In this document: positions 53,012-62,352 of the stretch, piece after piece
Layout of the letters: each line of letters opens with the position of its first letter
Position numbering within the stretch: the first letter of the stretch is position 1
IMG/VR virus record: IMGVR_UViG_3300025289_000001
Direction: 5' to 3' (one strand)
From: a virus
Length of the DNA: 64,000 nt
Program-made: the position numbers and the translations under genes
Notes under the pieces: model-generated
What the model was told of the DNA's origin: nothing
The model's database searches: none
Seen by the model: the letters and a program-made list of their open reading frames with translations, nothing else

Positions 53012-54787
53012 TTAAATTTGTAAATTCTCATCATCTTCATCATATGGATCATTATCAAAATTCATATCTAGAGGAGCTTCTACTTGATTATTTTCAATAT
53101 TTATATTTATATTACGATCTCCTCTATTTATATCCCATTCATGCATTCTAGCAACAGCATTTATTTCTTCTTGTCGTAGTAAACCATCTTCAAGAGCTTC
53201 AAATACTCCTCCTCTTCTTCCTCTTGCTCTAAATGGTTCATCTAGTACATTTATATAAGTTAATGGTGATTTAGACTCCTTAGGTGTGTTTTTTAACCAG
53301 AAAGTATCTCTTATATTAAAATCATCTTCATTAGCTTTAATATTACCTTTTTGAGCTTGATGGTACATAAAATTACGTCTAGTACTGATATAATACATTA
53401 AATTATCTAATAATCTATTAGAATTTTTAATATCTTTATTATTCATAATTGTACTATATAAAATATCAGAAAGAGATAAATTTGATACAGAACTAAAATC
53501 ATTTAAGATTTTAGCAGTATTATCTTTAACAAAATTAACAATTGAACCACATATAACTAAATAGTTTAATACTTTATCAATATCATAAGTAGGTGTATGT
53601 AGTCTAAACTCAATTGTTTGTTTGTTACCAAATAATAATGGAATTAAATTCACCCAATGATAACGAGTTCTAATATTCCACTTAGCTTCCCCTCTAGGAT
53701 CAGAAGGATGATATTTAACATTAGATAATTTACCACTAACATCACTATAATCTTGTCCCATTGAAAGATATTTATATAAAACATTAAAGTTTTCTTTAAT
53801 ATTACTATCATTTATCTTTCTATCTAATAAATACATACTTTCATTCAATGTGAATGGTTTAGTATAGTGTTTTTTCTTCACACCATAATTGTATTTTTTA
53901 TAGACTGGAAATAATTCAAATAATGAATTTTCTAATAAACATAACATTTTAAATAATGCTAACATAAACTCTTCAGTTCTTGGAACATTACCAATATGTA
54001 AATGTAATGAACAATCATTATCATAAATTGTTCGTTTAGATAATTGTTTAACTGAATCAATAATAGTTTGCATTCCTTTACTATTTTGTAGAGGAATAGT
54101 TACATATTCTAAACCTTGAATGCTACCATCTCTTAATGGTATTAATCCTAATTTATTACATAATCTTTCAGGAACATAACCATTAATTGTTTCAAATTCT
54201 AAACCAAAAGTTAACCCTTTTAATACCTCTCCATATTGTTTTATAGAGTCAATATATTTAGGTTCATATAATTCATTATATATACTTGATTTATTTGAGA
54301 TTAAATTATTTGAATCATATAATAAATTATTCTTAAATCCAGGTGGAATATTCCCAATTTTAGAAAATTTAGAACTTCTTATAGATTGTCTATGATAATA
54401 AATATTATCAGATAGATTTTCTTTAAAATTTGTATTTTCTAATATAGATTCATCCATACAAGGATATCTTTCATTTTTATAGCTAATTATAATAGAATCA
54501 TTATATTCAGATATAGAAAAATAACCTAAAGTAGGTGTATCTTTATCAGAAAAACCTATTATACCATATAATAAAGAAGTGTTATTTTTCACTACATATG
54601 TTTTTAAACTGTGATTATATACTATATATCCTGTATCTTGTTTATAATATTTTTCATTAATAAAATAACAATGACCAGAGTTTTCTATTGTAGGATCACC
54701 AATAATATAGAATTCACCTCTAATGTTTCTACATTTACTTTTTTCTACTACTGTACCATCAATGGTAAGTACTGTATCTTTATTCAT
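53012..54787 (-). CDS. Amidoligase_2-like (glutamine-synthetase-fold) amide ligase with extra N- and C-terminal regions
   Basis: 591 aa. LTFGLEFETINGY...PLRDGSIQGLEYVTIPL...CSLHLHIG follows the GxExE...D-x-S...E-x-v-S/T-P...H-x-H pattern of the putative amidoligase family. Confidence 0.6.
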   Translation of the reverse strand: MNKDTVLTIDGTVVEKSKCRNIRGEFYIIGDPTIENSGHCYFINEKYYKQDTGYIVYNHSLKTYVVKNNTSLLYGIIGFSDKDTPTLGYFSISEYNDSIIISYKNERYPCMDESILENTNFKENLSDNIYYHRQSIRSSKFSKIGNIPPGFKNNLLYDSNNLISNKSSIYNELYEPKYIDSIKQYGEVLKGLTFGLEFETINGYVPERLCNKLGLIPLRDGSIQGLEYVTIPLQNSKGMQTIIDSVKQLSKRTIYDNDCSLHLHIGNVPRTEEFMLALFKMLCLLENSLFELFPVYKKYNYGVKKKHYTKPFTLNESMYLLDRKINDSNIKENFNVLYKYLSMGQDYSDVSGKLSNVKYHPSDPRGEAKWNIRTRYHWVNLIPLLFGNKQTIEFRLHTPTYDIDKVLNYLVICGSIVNFVKDNTAKILNDFSSVSNLSLSDILYSTIMNNKDIKNSNRLLDNLMYYISTRRNFMYHQAQKGNIKANEDDFNIRDTFWLKNTPKESKSPLTYINVLDEPFRARGRRGGVFEALEDGLLRQEEINAVARMHEWDINRGDRNININIENNQVEAPLDMNFDNDPYDEDDENLQI

Positions 54788-54799
54788 TTTTATTATATA

Positions 54800-56695
54800 T
54801 TATTCATTTGTGTCAAATACTACTAATCTGGTTGTATCTACTAAAAAAGTATTTAATATATCAACTGCTTGGTCAGCTTTTTTATTATTTTTATACATTT
54901 CTAATCGTTTAATGTATAAAGGAAATTTAGCTAAACCTTCTTTAAATATATCATCTAAATCTTTTTCTAATAAATCATTATTATTCTCATCAGTTAATAA
55001 CATAATTGATCTATTATTATTCTTCTCTGCATCTACTACATTTTTTTCATTCTGAATAATAAGTTGACCTATATGTTTTAGACTATCTGATACTTTTACT
55101 TTTTTATCAATTCTTACACATTCACCATTTTTAAATGTATAAGTGAATTCTGAACCTAATGGACATACTACATCTGTAACTAATTTACCATTTACATATG
55201 ATTTTGGTGCTACAAATTTACTAGTTACATTTATATTAAATACAGGATGAGCAGAACATATTGACATTGATAAATAATCAAATTTAGCATCATAACTTGC
55301 CATATCTAAACAAGCTAAATAATCTATTCTTGTTTTAATCCTAATTCCATCATAAAAATAGTATATACGAGGTACTGAAATTTCATTACCTTTAGTACTA
55401 ATAAATGGTGTAATAACACGATTCATTTCTTCATTACTTAGTCCTTTTAAATCACGAAGAAATGATTTATCTAAAAATGGTTTATTAACTAAATTAAAAA
55501 ATGATTGTTCAGATTCTTTAATATTATCTCCTAAGAAATAGAATCCAAAATCAGTAATCCAAGTATAACATCCAGTAATTAAATGTCCATTTCTCCAATA
55601 TCTCATTTTATTAAAATAAATAGGACTATTATATTGACGATTTTTAGGTATATATATTTCATTTCCTAAATTAATACCATTTGGGTTTAATCTTAATATG
55701 GTCTGACGAGGATTATCTTCTTCTGTTTCTATGTTTTCTTTTTTTCTTTTTTCCTCTGCCAAAGCCTTTTTTTCATCTTCAACAATTTGTAAAGCAGTTT
55801 TCTTTTTATCTATAGAATGACCAAAAGCATTATCATAATAATCTTCATCATCCCATGCATCTCTATCATTTTTTAAATAAGGATGTCTACCAGTATATGC
55901 AGGAGCTATATAAGATTGATAATTATTACTTCTATCTATTATAGTTTTTTCTGCTTTTTCTACTTCACCATCAGTTATTTTATAAACTGTATTATGGTCA
56001 AAAGAATGAATGGTATCCACTGTTCCACCAATAGCATATAAACTACTTTCCATTGATGAAATATATACACTATTTTTACTTTCTTGATAATAAAATAAAG
56101 GACGTTCTTCTACTGCTAAATGACTGTTATTAGCTTTATTAGATTCACCATGATAACAATATATCACATTAGGCTCATTTAAATTTGAAAATACTAATGC
56201 TGCAGCACCATTATATTGAGATAGAACATCATAATTTTTCTTTGTAAAAACAATTTCTAATAATATTTCACTATCTATTTTAGTTCTAGTAATAGTAGAA
56301 TTATGTTTATGAGTAATATGTGTTAATGATATATCATTTAATTTTGCAATTTCATGATGATTTATAAGGGTACCATTATGTACCCCTACAAATTCATAAT
56401 GATCATTTACTTCACCAAATCCAAATGGATGAGCATTTTCTACTGTATGTGCACCATATGTACTTGCCCGTGTATGTCCAATTACTGTTGGAAATAATTT
56501 AGGTGCATCATAGTTTACATTACTAAGAAAATCTTTATATACTTTATTTTTATCAATACCAATACTAATCTCTCCATCTTTAGTTATCCCACAAGAATGT
56601 GTTCCCCTTGCTTCATTAAAAATTCCAAGGATATCAAGTTTAGTTTTATTAAATTTTTTAGGGTCTTTTCCTGACCACGCAAAGATTCCACACAT
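54800..56695 (-). CDS. class II (Ntn) glutamine amidotransferase fused to an unknown ~380-aa C-terminal domain
   Basis: 631 aa. The motifs are MCGIFAW (Cys2 nucleophile), HTRASTYG, NAHPF, VHNGTLINHHEI and DSEILLE. No PP-loop (SGGxDS) or sugar-isomerase motif lies downstream. Confidence 0.75.
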   Translation of the reverse strand: MCGIFAWSGKDPKKFNKTKLDILGIFNEARGTHSCGITKDGEISIGIDKNKVYKDFLSNVNYDAPKLFPTVIGHTRASTYGAHTVENAHPFGFGEVNDHYEFVGVHNGTLINHHEIAKLNDISLTHITHKHNSTITRTKIDSEILLEIVFTKKNYDVLSQYNGAAALVFSNLNEPNVIYCYHGESNKANNSHLAVEERPLFYYQESKNSVYISSMESSLYAIGGTVDTIHSFDHNTVYKITDGEVEKAEKTIIDRSNNYQSYIAPAYTGRHPYLKNDRDAWDDEDYYDNAFGHSIDKKKTALQIVEDEKKALAEEKRKKENIETEEDNPRQTILRLNPNGINLGNEIYIPKNRQYNSPIYFNKMRYWRNGHLITGCYTWITDFGFYFLGDNIKESEQSFFNLVNKPFLDKSFLRDLKGLSNEEMNRVITPFISTKGNEISVPRIYYFYDGIRIKTRIDYLACLDMASYDAKFDYLSMSICSAHPVFNINVTSKFVAPKSYVNGKLVTDVVCPLGSEFTYTFKNGECVRIDKKVKVSDSLKHIGQLIIQNEKNVVDAEKNNNRSIMLLTDENNNDLLEKDLDDIFKEGLAKFPLYIKRLEMYKNNKKADQAVDILNTFLVDTTRLVVFDTNE

Positions 56696-56703
56696 CTATT
56701 TTT

Positions 56704-57507
56704 TTATTTTGTAATTAGTTTTAATTCTTTTAATTTTTCTATTTCATTTAATAATAAACGTGCATTTGGTTTATCATTTTGATTAATTGTTCTTTGAATT
56801 TCTGAATCATATTTTTCAATAATTTCATCAATAATTCCATTATTAATTAATGCAATAGCTTCTAATGATTTATTATAAGCCCATGTAATTGATTCATCTG
56901 TTTTAATCCAAAAATTAGATAAAGTTCTATATTCTACACCAAAGTTTTTAAATCTAAAACAACCAGCTTTACCATACATTTCTTTTCTTCTATCATCTGG
57001 ATCTAATAAAATAGATTCTAAACCTAAAACAGCATCCATTGCATATATAATTTTTTCACTAAGTTCTTGTGTTGGGTTATCATAACCTATATGAATATGT
57101 CCACCACAAGTTCTTAATTTACCACCACCTTTTGGAGGTGTATTCATTGCTTTCAAATAAACATTATAATCAGGTTCACAACCAAATAATTTAGCTTGAG
57201 GTGTATTTAAATATTTTGGATCAATTTCTGCAGATGCAGAATAGTTTAATTTACATCCACGTAAATCAGCTAATATATTTAAATAATCTTTTACGAAATT
57301 AATATTATTAACAAATTCCTCTGCTGAGTCAGATGCAGGGATATTGAATTCAACCATAATATTATCTTCTTGTATAGCGTGACCTTTATCACTAATAGGT
57401 GTTGGTGCATATTTAGTACCTCCTATTAATCCTTCAGCTGAAACAATTTCTCCATTTCTTTCTAAAAATAATTCAGGGTCTGTTCCAATAAGAATATTCT
57501 TTATCAT
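56704..57507 (-). CDS. phiEco32-type COOH-NH2 ligase (GS-like amidoligase, type 2)
   Basis: 267 aa with the motifs IGTDPELFL, QEDNIMVEFNIPA, GGHIHIGY and GVEYRTLSN. Confidence 0.6.
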   Translation of the reverse strand: MIKNILIGTDPELFLERNGEIVSAEGLIGGTKYAPTPISDKGHAIQEDNIMVEFNIPASDSAEEFVNNINFVKDYLNILADLRGCKLNYSASAEIDPKYLNTPQAKLFGCEPDYNVYLKAMNTPPKGGGKLRTCGGHIHIGYDNPTQELSEKIIYAMDAVLGLESILLDPDDRRKEMYGKAGCFRFKNFGVEYRTLSNFWIKTDESITWAYNKSLEAIALINNGIIDEIIEKYDSEIQRTINQNDKPNARLLLNEIEKLKELKLITK

Positions 57508-57508
57508 T

Positions 57509-58177
57509 TTATTGTGTAATTAAATATTTATTAATTAATTGTAAAATATAGTTTTTAGTTTTTTCTGGACATGTACTAAATTCAGGATGACCTTGTATAC
57601 ATAATGATTTAGTTTTATTATAATACACAATCTCTGGTTCTAAAAATGCATCAGGTAAAGTAATTTCAGTATTTTCACCATTTAAATATGTATTACTTTT
57701 AAAAAATTCAGACCAAGCAATGAATTCAAATTCTTGTTCTTTCATATTATAAGGATACATCATTTGATGATGAGTTGAAGTAATTTCATAAATTGAACCT
57801 GGTTGTGTTTCAATTGTATGATTTCCACTATGACCTGTAACATGTTGAACTAATTTACCTCCACTCATTACAGTAAGAAATTGTGCACCTCTACATATTC
57901 CTAATTTAGGAACACGATAGTAATTATTCCACATATTTGATTCTTCTTCATCCCTTTTAGTATCAATACCTGTATATTGTCCTATTTTTTCATTATAATA
58001 TGCAGGATTTACATCTGCACCTCCTGTAAAAAGTAAAAAATCAATTTGATGTGCACTATAATCTTTTAATTTATTAAATGGTACAAATGTAGCATTAAAT
58101 TTTGACATTAAAAAGTTAGCATAATCATTATTAAAATGGTTATCAACTCCAATAATTAATTCTTTTTTATTCTGCAT
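57509..58177 (-). CDS. class I glutamine amidotransferase-like / peptidase C26 gamma-glutamyl hydrolase
   Basis: 222 aa. The nucleophile elbow is LGICRGAQFL, and His/Glu are in CIQGHPEF. Confidence 0.7.
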   Translation of the reverse strand: MQNKKELIIGVDNHFNNDYANFLMSKFNATFVPFNKLKDYSAHQIDFLLFTGGADVNPAYYNEKIGQYTGIDTKRDEEESNMWNNYYRVPKLGICRGAQFLTVMSGGKLVQHVTGHSGNHTIETQPGSIYEITSTHHQMMYPYNMKEQEFEFIAWSEFFKSNTYLNGENTEITLPDAFLEPEIVYYNKTKSLCIQGHPEFSTCPEKTKNYILQLINKYLITQ

Positions 58178-59042
58178 TATATTTTTGTTTTAATAATTTT
58201 GTTAGTTCTTCTTTATATTTAATAAGAGTAATATCCCCAAAAGATGGAGCTGAATTAATTTCTACAATAATAAAATCAGGTTCTTCTCTTTCTCTACCTC
58301 TACTATCTTTAGCACCTTGAATTCTTAAATCTATTGCACCTATATCTAATCCTACAGCATTTAAAGCTTTAACTGATTCAGCTACAATATTATCCCAATT
58401 CTTAGGTCTATCAAATAAATCATTTTCTTCTAAGATCCACACACAATGTGCATCATTACGATACCATTTATCTTCATCTGCAGTATCTTCTTTTAACATT
58501 TTTCTACAAGAATAGAAACAACCATTTTGAGATATATGTAATCTATATTCTCTAGTATAGTTATAATATTTTTCAAATATATAATGGGTTAAGTCTTTAC
58601 CTCTCATCCATTCTTGTAATTCTTCAATAGAATCATGTTTTTTATTACCTTGATTTCTACTCCCAAAATGAGATTTAGAGATAATAGGATAAGGTAAATC
58701 TTCTAATGAATATACTGGAAAATGATCTTCATCATTAATTCTTTGAATAAATTGAACAAATTCACCATTTCTAGCTATTTGAGCAACAAACCAATCTGCT
58801 GTTTTTACATTATTTTCAGTAAAACAATTTTTCATCTTATATTTACTAGATGAATTTTGAACACCTTCTATCGTATTAATTTCTATTCTATTACCACCAT
58901 TTGTTACTGTATCACGTAAATCTGTAGTAGAACCAAATCTAATTACAGATCTAAAAGGTAATAATTCAAATGTACCTCGTTGTCTTAAAGGTGAATGAGA
59001 TGGATGTCTACTTCTAATTTTTGGTCTAAAATTGTTTCTCAT
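58167..59042 (-). CDS. ATP-grasp ligase (RimK-related type)
   Basis: 291 aa. IISKSHFGSRNQG...REYRLHIS...GLDIGAIDLRI...FIIVEINSAPSFG follows the ATP-grasp pattern. Confidence 0.6.
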   Translation of the reverse strand: MRNNFRPKIRSRHPSHSPLRQRGTFELLPFRSVIRFGSTTDLRDTVTNGGNRIEINTIEGVQNSSSKYKMKNCFTENNVKTADWFVAQIARNGEFVQFIQRINDEDHFPVYSLEDLPYPIISKSHFGSRNQGNKKHDSIEELQEWMRGKDLTHYIFEKYYNYTREYRLHISQNGCFYSCRKMLKEDTADEDKWYRNDAHCVWILEENDLFDRPKNWDNIVAESVKALNAVGLDIGAIDLRIQGAKDSRGREREEPDFIIVEINSAPSFGDITLIKYKEELTKLLKQKYNAE

Positions 59043-59422
59043 TTATTGTAACTTTTTTCTTTTAAATAATCTTCCCAATCACCATCTATTACTTGATTAT
59101 ATCCACCTACTTTATGAGGAAATATATAAATATAAGCTTCTCCATAAGGTGTATCAATAGTATCTCGTAAATAATGACTTCTTCCTGTATTTGATGGATT
59201 ATATCCTTCTAATCTATCAACATCTACAAGCATTTTTTGATTTATTCTATATACTTCTAAAACAATAGAAGTATTTCCATTTTTTATAAGTCCAGGATAT
59301 GAACCTAAGTCATACATACTATATTCAGGTAAACTATCAAATTTTCCTAAATATGTAGCATTTTCAATTATTAAATGATTATGTAATCCTTTTCTTAGAC
59401 TACCATATACTGCTATTAACAT
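59039..59422 (-). CDS. gamma-glutamyl cyclotransferase (AIG2/GGACT-like)
   Basis: The listed start at 59449 is a TTG. The ATG at 59422 gives MLIAVYGSLRKGLHNH..., the canonical family N-terminus. YPGL and DRLEGY are also present. Confidence 0.7.
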   Translation of the reverse strand: MLIAVYGSLRKGLHNHLIIENATYLGKFDSLPEYSMYDLGSYPGLIKNGNTSIVLEVYRINQKMLVDVDRLEGYNPSNTGRSHYLRDTIDTPYGEAYIYIFPHKVGGYNQVIDGDWEDYLKEKSYNK

Positions 59423-59432
59423 ATTTTTATTT

Positions 59433-60461
59433 TTAAAATGGTACTGCAATCATATTTTTTAATATATTTACAGCTTTGTTTTTTCCTAAATTTTTAATTA
59501 AATCACTGAAATCTTTAGATTGATATTTTTCATCTATTTCAACTTGTAATAAATCAAATGTTTCTGATAAAGATTTACCAAATTGTCGTCCCCAATTAGT
59601 TTCTTTATCAAAATCATTATCATATAGAAGGAATATATTTTCAAATCTATCTTTTAATTCTTGGATAATATATTCTTTAGGATGTACTGATTCTGATTGT
59701 AATGCTACTGCAGAAATATTAGTAGTGTTATTTACAATAGCCATTACATCTTTTAAAGATTTAGTAATTATTAATGTTTTTCCTTTTTCTGGTAATTGTT
59801 CCCACCCTTGCCATACAGAATCATTATGGTTATTTAACCATTTAAAATCTGTATTATAAGGTTGATATATTTTATATGTTTCTTTTCCATCTTTATGTTC
59901 AATAAATGCATAAGCATATTTATGTACATAAATAGGATTACCATTAATAAAAATATATTCAATTGGTTCAACTTTATATTTTAATAATGTAGCTTCATCT
60001 ATACCATATTGTAACCAAAAAGCATAATCTTGAGCTACCCAATTTCTTCGTTTTTTTCCTAATTCTAAAGGTTTATTATTATTTAAAACATCTTCCTTAT
60101 TTCTAAATAAATTAGGATTATAAACACCTTCACTTTTTTCTATAGATCTCACTATAAAATGTTCATCAATATTAAAATCTATTGCGATTTTACTTAATGC
60201 TTCAAAATAATTTAGTTTAAATTTTAACTGTACAAATTTAACAAAATCTCCAGCTCCAATCAACCAATCTTTAAAACAAATTTCACCACTTTCACCAATA
60301 AAATATCCAAATGAAGGATTGTTATCTTCACGTAATGGAGAATTTGTAATTACTTTTAATTCTACATCTTGTCCTGTATAAAATCTATATACTGATATAT
60401 CATCAATATAATTTAGTAATCCAGCTTTTGTTACTAATTTTTTATTTAAATCTATTGTCAT
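59433..60461 (-). CDS. DnaG/TOPRIM-type primase with a degenerate (Cys-poor) zinc-binding region
   Basis: 342 aa. SPLREDNNPSFGYF...GEICFKDW aligns with CPFHxExTPSF...CFGC, but only one Cys is retained. The TOPRIM-like part is LIITKSLKDVMA ... LLYDNDFD. Confidence 0.55.
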   Translation of the reverse strand: MTIDLNKKLVTKAGLLNYIDDISVYRFYTGQDVELKVITNSPLREDNNPSFGYFIGESGEICFKDWLIGAGDFVKFVQLKFKLNYFEALSKIAIDFNIDEHFIVRSIEKSEGVYNPNLFRNKEDVLNNNKPLELGKKRRNWVAQDYAFWLQYGIDEATLLKYKVEPIEYIFINGNPIYVHKYAYAFIEHKDGKETYKIYQPYNTDFKWLNNHNDSVWQGWEQLPEKGKTLIITKSLKDVMAIVNNTTNISAVALQSESVHPKEYIIQELKDRFENIFLLYDNDFDKETNWGRQFGKSLSETFDLLQVEIDEKYQSKDFSDLIKNLGKNKAVNILKNMIAVPF

Positions 60462-60471
60462 AATTTAATGT

Positions 60472-60498
60472 AAAAAAAGGGGATATTTCTATCCCCTT
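60472..60498 (-). terminator. rho-independent terminator (minus strand) after the SSB-like gene
   Basis: The minus strand reads AAGGGGATAGAAATATCCCCTT followed by TTTTTTT. Confidence 0.7.
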
Positions 60499-60505
60499 AT
60501 TAATA

Positions 60506-61075
60506 TTATACCCAAGATTCAGACTTGGTACCACCATCTAATCCATCAGAAGGAACATCTTGTTCTACTCTCTCTAATAAATCACCTGGTTTTACACGAA
60601 GTCTTGTTACTGGTGTTGCAGCATCTTCAATGAAATCAAAATATCTTAATCCCATAAATTTACTTGCATAACCTGCTGTACCATATGTTACAAATACATT
60701 GTATTTTTTAGCTCCAGCATTATCGCGTACTAATTTAAATAACGTATCAAATGCTTCTGTTGCACTTTCTACTTTTGGAAATTCATAATTTGCACCCATT
60801 ACTGCTTTAGCAAGATGTACAATTCTACTCACTTCCCTTACTGCTTTTTTATCATTTTCTTCAGCTGATTTTTGAGGATCATTTTTAGGATAATAAAATC
60901 CTTGATTGATTTTACCACCTGTATTATCTTCTATAACCAACTTATAATTTGGATATGTATCTGGTTCACCTGCTCCTCTTTTTTCAACAGAAATTGTTAC
61001 ATCCTTCACTAATCCTCCTTGACCATTATTAAATATAACAGTACCACCAAATTTCTTTTCGTTTAAATCAAACAT
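60506..61075 (-). CDS. possible single-stranded DNA-binding protein (low confidence)
   Basis: 189 aa. It sits next to the Sak4/AAA_24-like ATPase, is followed by its own terminator (suggesting high expression), and has an acidic C-terminal tail. No diagnostic motif. Confidence 0.3.
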   Translation of the reverse strand: MFDLNEKKFGGTVIFNNGQGGLVKDVTISVEKRGAGEPDTYPNYKLVIEDNTGGKINQGFYYPKNDPQKSAEENDKKAVREVSRIVHLAKAVMGANYEFPKVESATEAFDTLFKLVRDNAGAKKYNVFVTYGTAGYASKFMGLRYFDFIEDAATPVTRLRVKPGDLLERVEQDVPSDGLDGGTKSESWV

Positions 61076-61093
61076 ATCTTATTTTTATTTTAA

Positions 61094-61861
61094 TTATTTA
61101 TTAATAAATATTTTAGACCAATCTATTTTAATGTCTCCTGATCCATCAGAGACTGCTACTACTATTTCTGCACCTTTAAGATGTTCACTACGTGCTCCAC
61201 ATAATAAACTCTCAGAAGCTTGGAAATTAATAATTGTTTCTTTTTCATCTCTATAAAGATAACCTATAGCATCTACTTGAGAACAAACGATTGAAGCCAT
61301 TTTACCAGTAAGGTCTAATCCTCTTTCATTCATCTCTTTACCTTCTTTTTCAATCATTTTATCTTTTGTATGACCTAATATAATTAAGGTATCACAAATA
61401 TCTTCTAATTCTGTTAGAACTGTTGAAAGAGCATTTCTTGTAAATCTATATCCTGCACCATTAGGTAGAGTGGTAACATCATCTCCTACCCAATTACGTC
61501 CCATTGGAGTATCTCTATACATCTTATTTGCTAAAGGTAAGACAATATCTTCAAGAGCAGTTACAGTATCTATTGCTATAAAATTATAAACATACTGACC
61601 TCTTTTTTTATTCTCTTCCTTTATTTTTTCTATCAATTGTTTTAATATAACAATTGGTAGTTTTTCTTCTTTTTCTGCGTGTCTAATTACATCAAAACGT
61701 AATGTATCCACAAAATCACCACCTTTTTCTAAGTCAATTATTAAACAGTTATCTAATCCAGCTACTACTGTGGTTTTTCCCATCTTAGGCTGACTAAATA
61801 TAACCATTGTTTTTGGATTAACTCTGGAAGCTTTTTCTTTATTAATTGGTAATTCTATCAT
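61094..61861 (-). CDS. AAA_24 / Sak4-like RecA-fold ATPase
   Basis: 255 aa. Walker A is SQPKMGKTT, followed by LIIDLEKGG. Walker B is FIAIDTVT. Confidence 0.65.
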   Translation of the reverse strand: MIELPINKEKASRVNPKTMVIFSQPKMGKTTVVAGLDNCLIIDLEKGGDFVDTLRFDVIRHAEKEEKLPIVILKQLIEKIKEENKKRGQYVYNFIAIDTVTALEDIVLPLANKMYRDTPMGRNWVGDDVTTLPNGAGYRFTRNALSTVLTELEDICDTLIILGHTKDKMIEKEGKEMNERGLDLTGKMASIVCSQVDAIGYLYRDEKETIINFQASESLLCGARSEHLKGAEIVVAVSDGSGDIKIDWSKIFINK

Positions 61862-61893
61862 TTCATCATCATCCGCCCTCTACCATCCTCTTA

Positions 61894-62352
61894 TTAATTA
61901 TTTATAATTTCATCAAATGTTACATCTAAATTATGAAAGTTTTGAGTATCCATTGTTAAATATTTACATTCTGCTTTAAATGTTTGCCAATATGCACTAC
62001 CTCTAAAATTATATTTACGAATATCAGGACAATAATTGTACATAAATCCAGCACCATTTGTTCGCCCTGCTTCATATTTTATAATTTCAAATAATATATC
62101 TTTAATTCTAGATTTAGGAAAATAAAATTTAGATAATTTAATAATATCATCTAATGAACGATATCTATCATAATCACATTGTAATCCACCTCTAACAAAA
62201 TATGTTTCTATTGGATCTTGTTTTAAATCTATTGTATAATATAATATATCTTCAATAGATTTTATTATAACATCATCTTTAAATCTAATTTTTCTTATTT
62301 TATTATAATAGATTTCTAAATCTTTTATTGTTGTCACATCTTTTTTAGTCAT
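61894..62352 (-). CDS. hypothetical protein
   Basis: The listed first codon at 62355 is GTG, and the next codon (62352) is ATG. 152 aa, no motif. Confidence 0.55.
   Translation of the reverse strand: MTKKDVTTIKDLEIYYNKIRKIRFKDDVIIKSIEDILYYTIDLKQDPIETYFVRGGLQCDYDRYRSLDDIIKLSKFYFPKSRIKDILFEIIKYEAGRTNGAGFMYNYCPDIRKYNFRGSAYWQTFKAECKYLTMDTQNFHNLDVTFDEIINN

Noticed and set aside
43506-55055. Plus-strand ORFs opposite minus-strand enzymes (43506-43805, 43933-44265, 45265-45585, 46683-46982, 48582-48776, 49733-49915, 52356-52550, 54611-54826, 54723-55055)
   Set aside because: Each overlaps a gene with clear catalytic motifs (RNA ligase, phosphoesterases, helicase, MazG, RNR, UDG, amidoligase, GATase). 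Their translations are hydrophobic and repetitive, as expected for the reverse complement of AT-rich coding sequence.
61862-61893. Locally G+C-rich spacer (minus strand: AAGAGGATGGTAGAGGGCGGATGATGATGAA) upstream of the ATPase gene, considered as a Shine-Dalgarno-like or regulatory element or an N-terminal extension
   Set aside because: An in-frame TAG seven codons upstream blocks any extension. No other gene in the window uses an SD-like sequence, and the sequence is unique here, so I cannot support a function.
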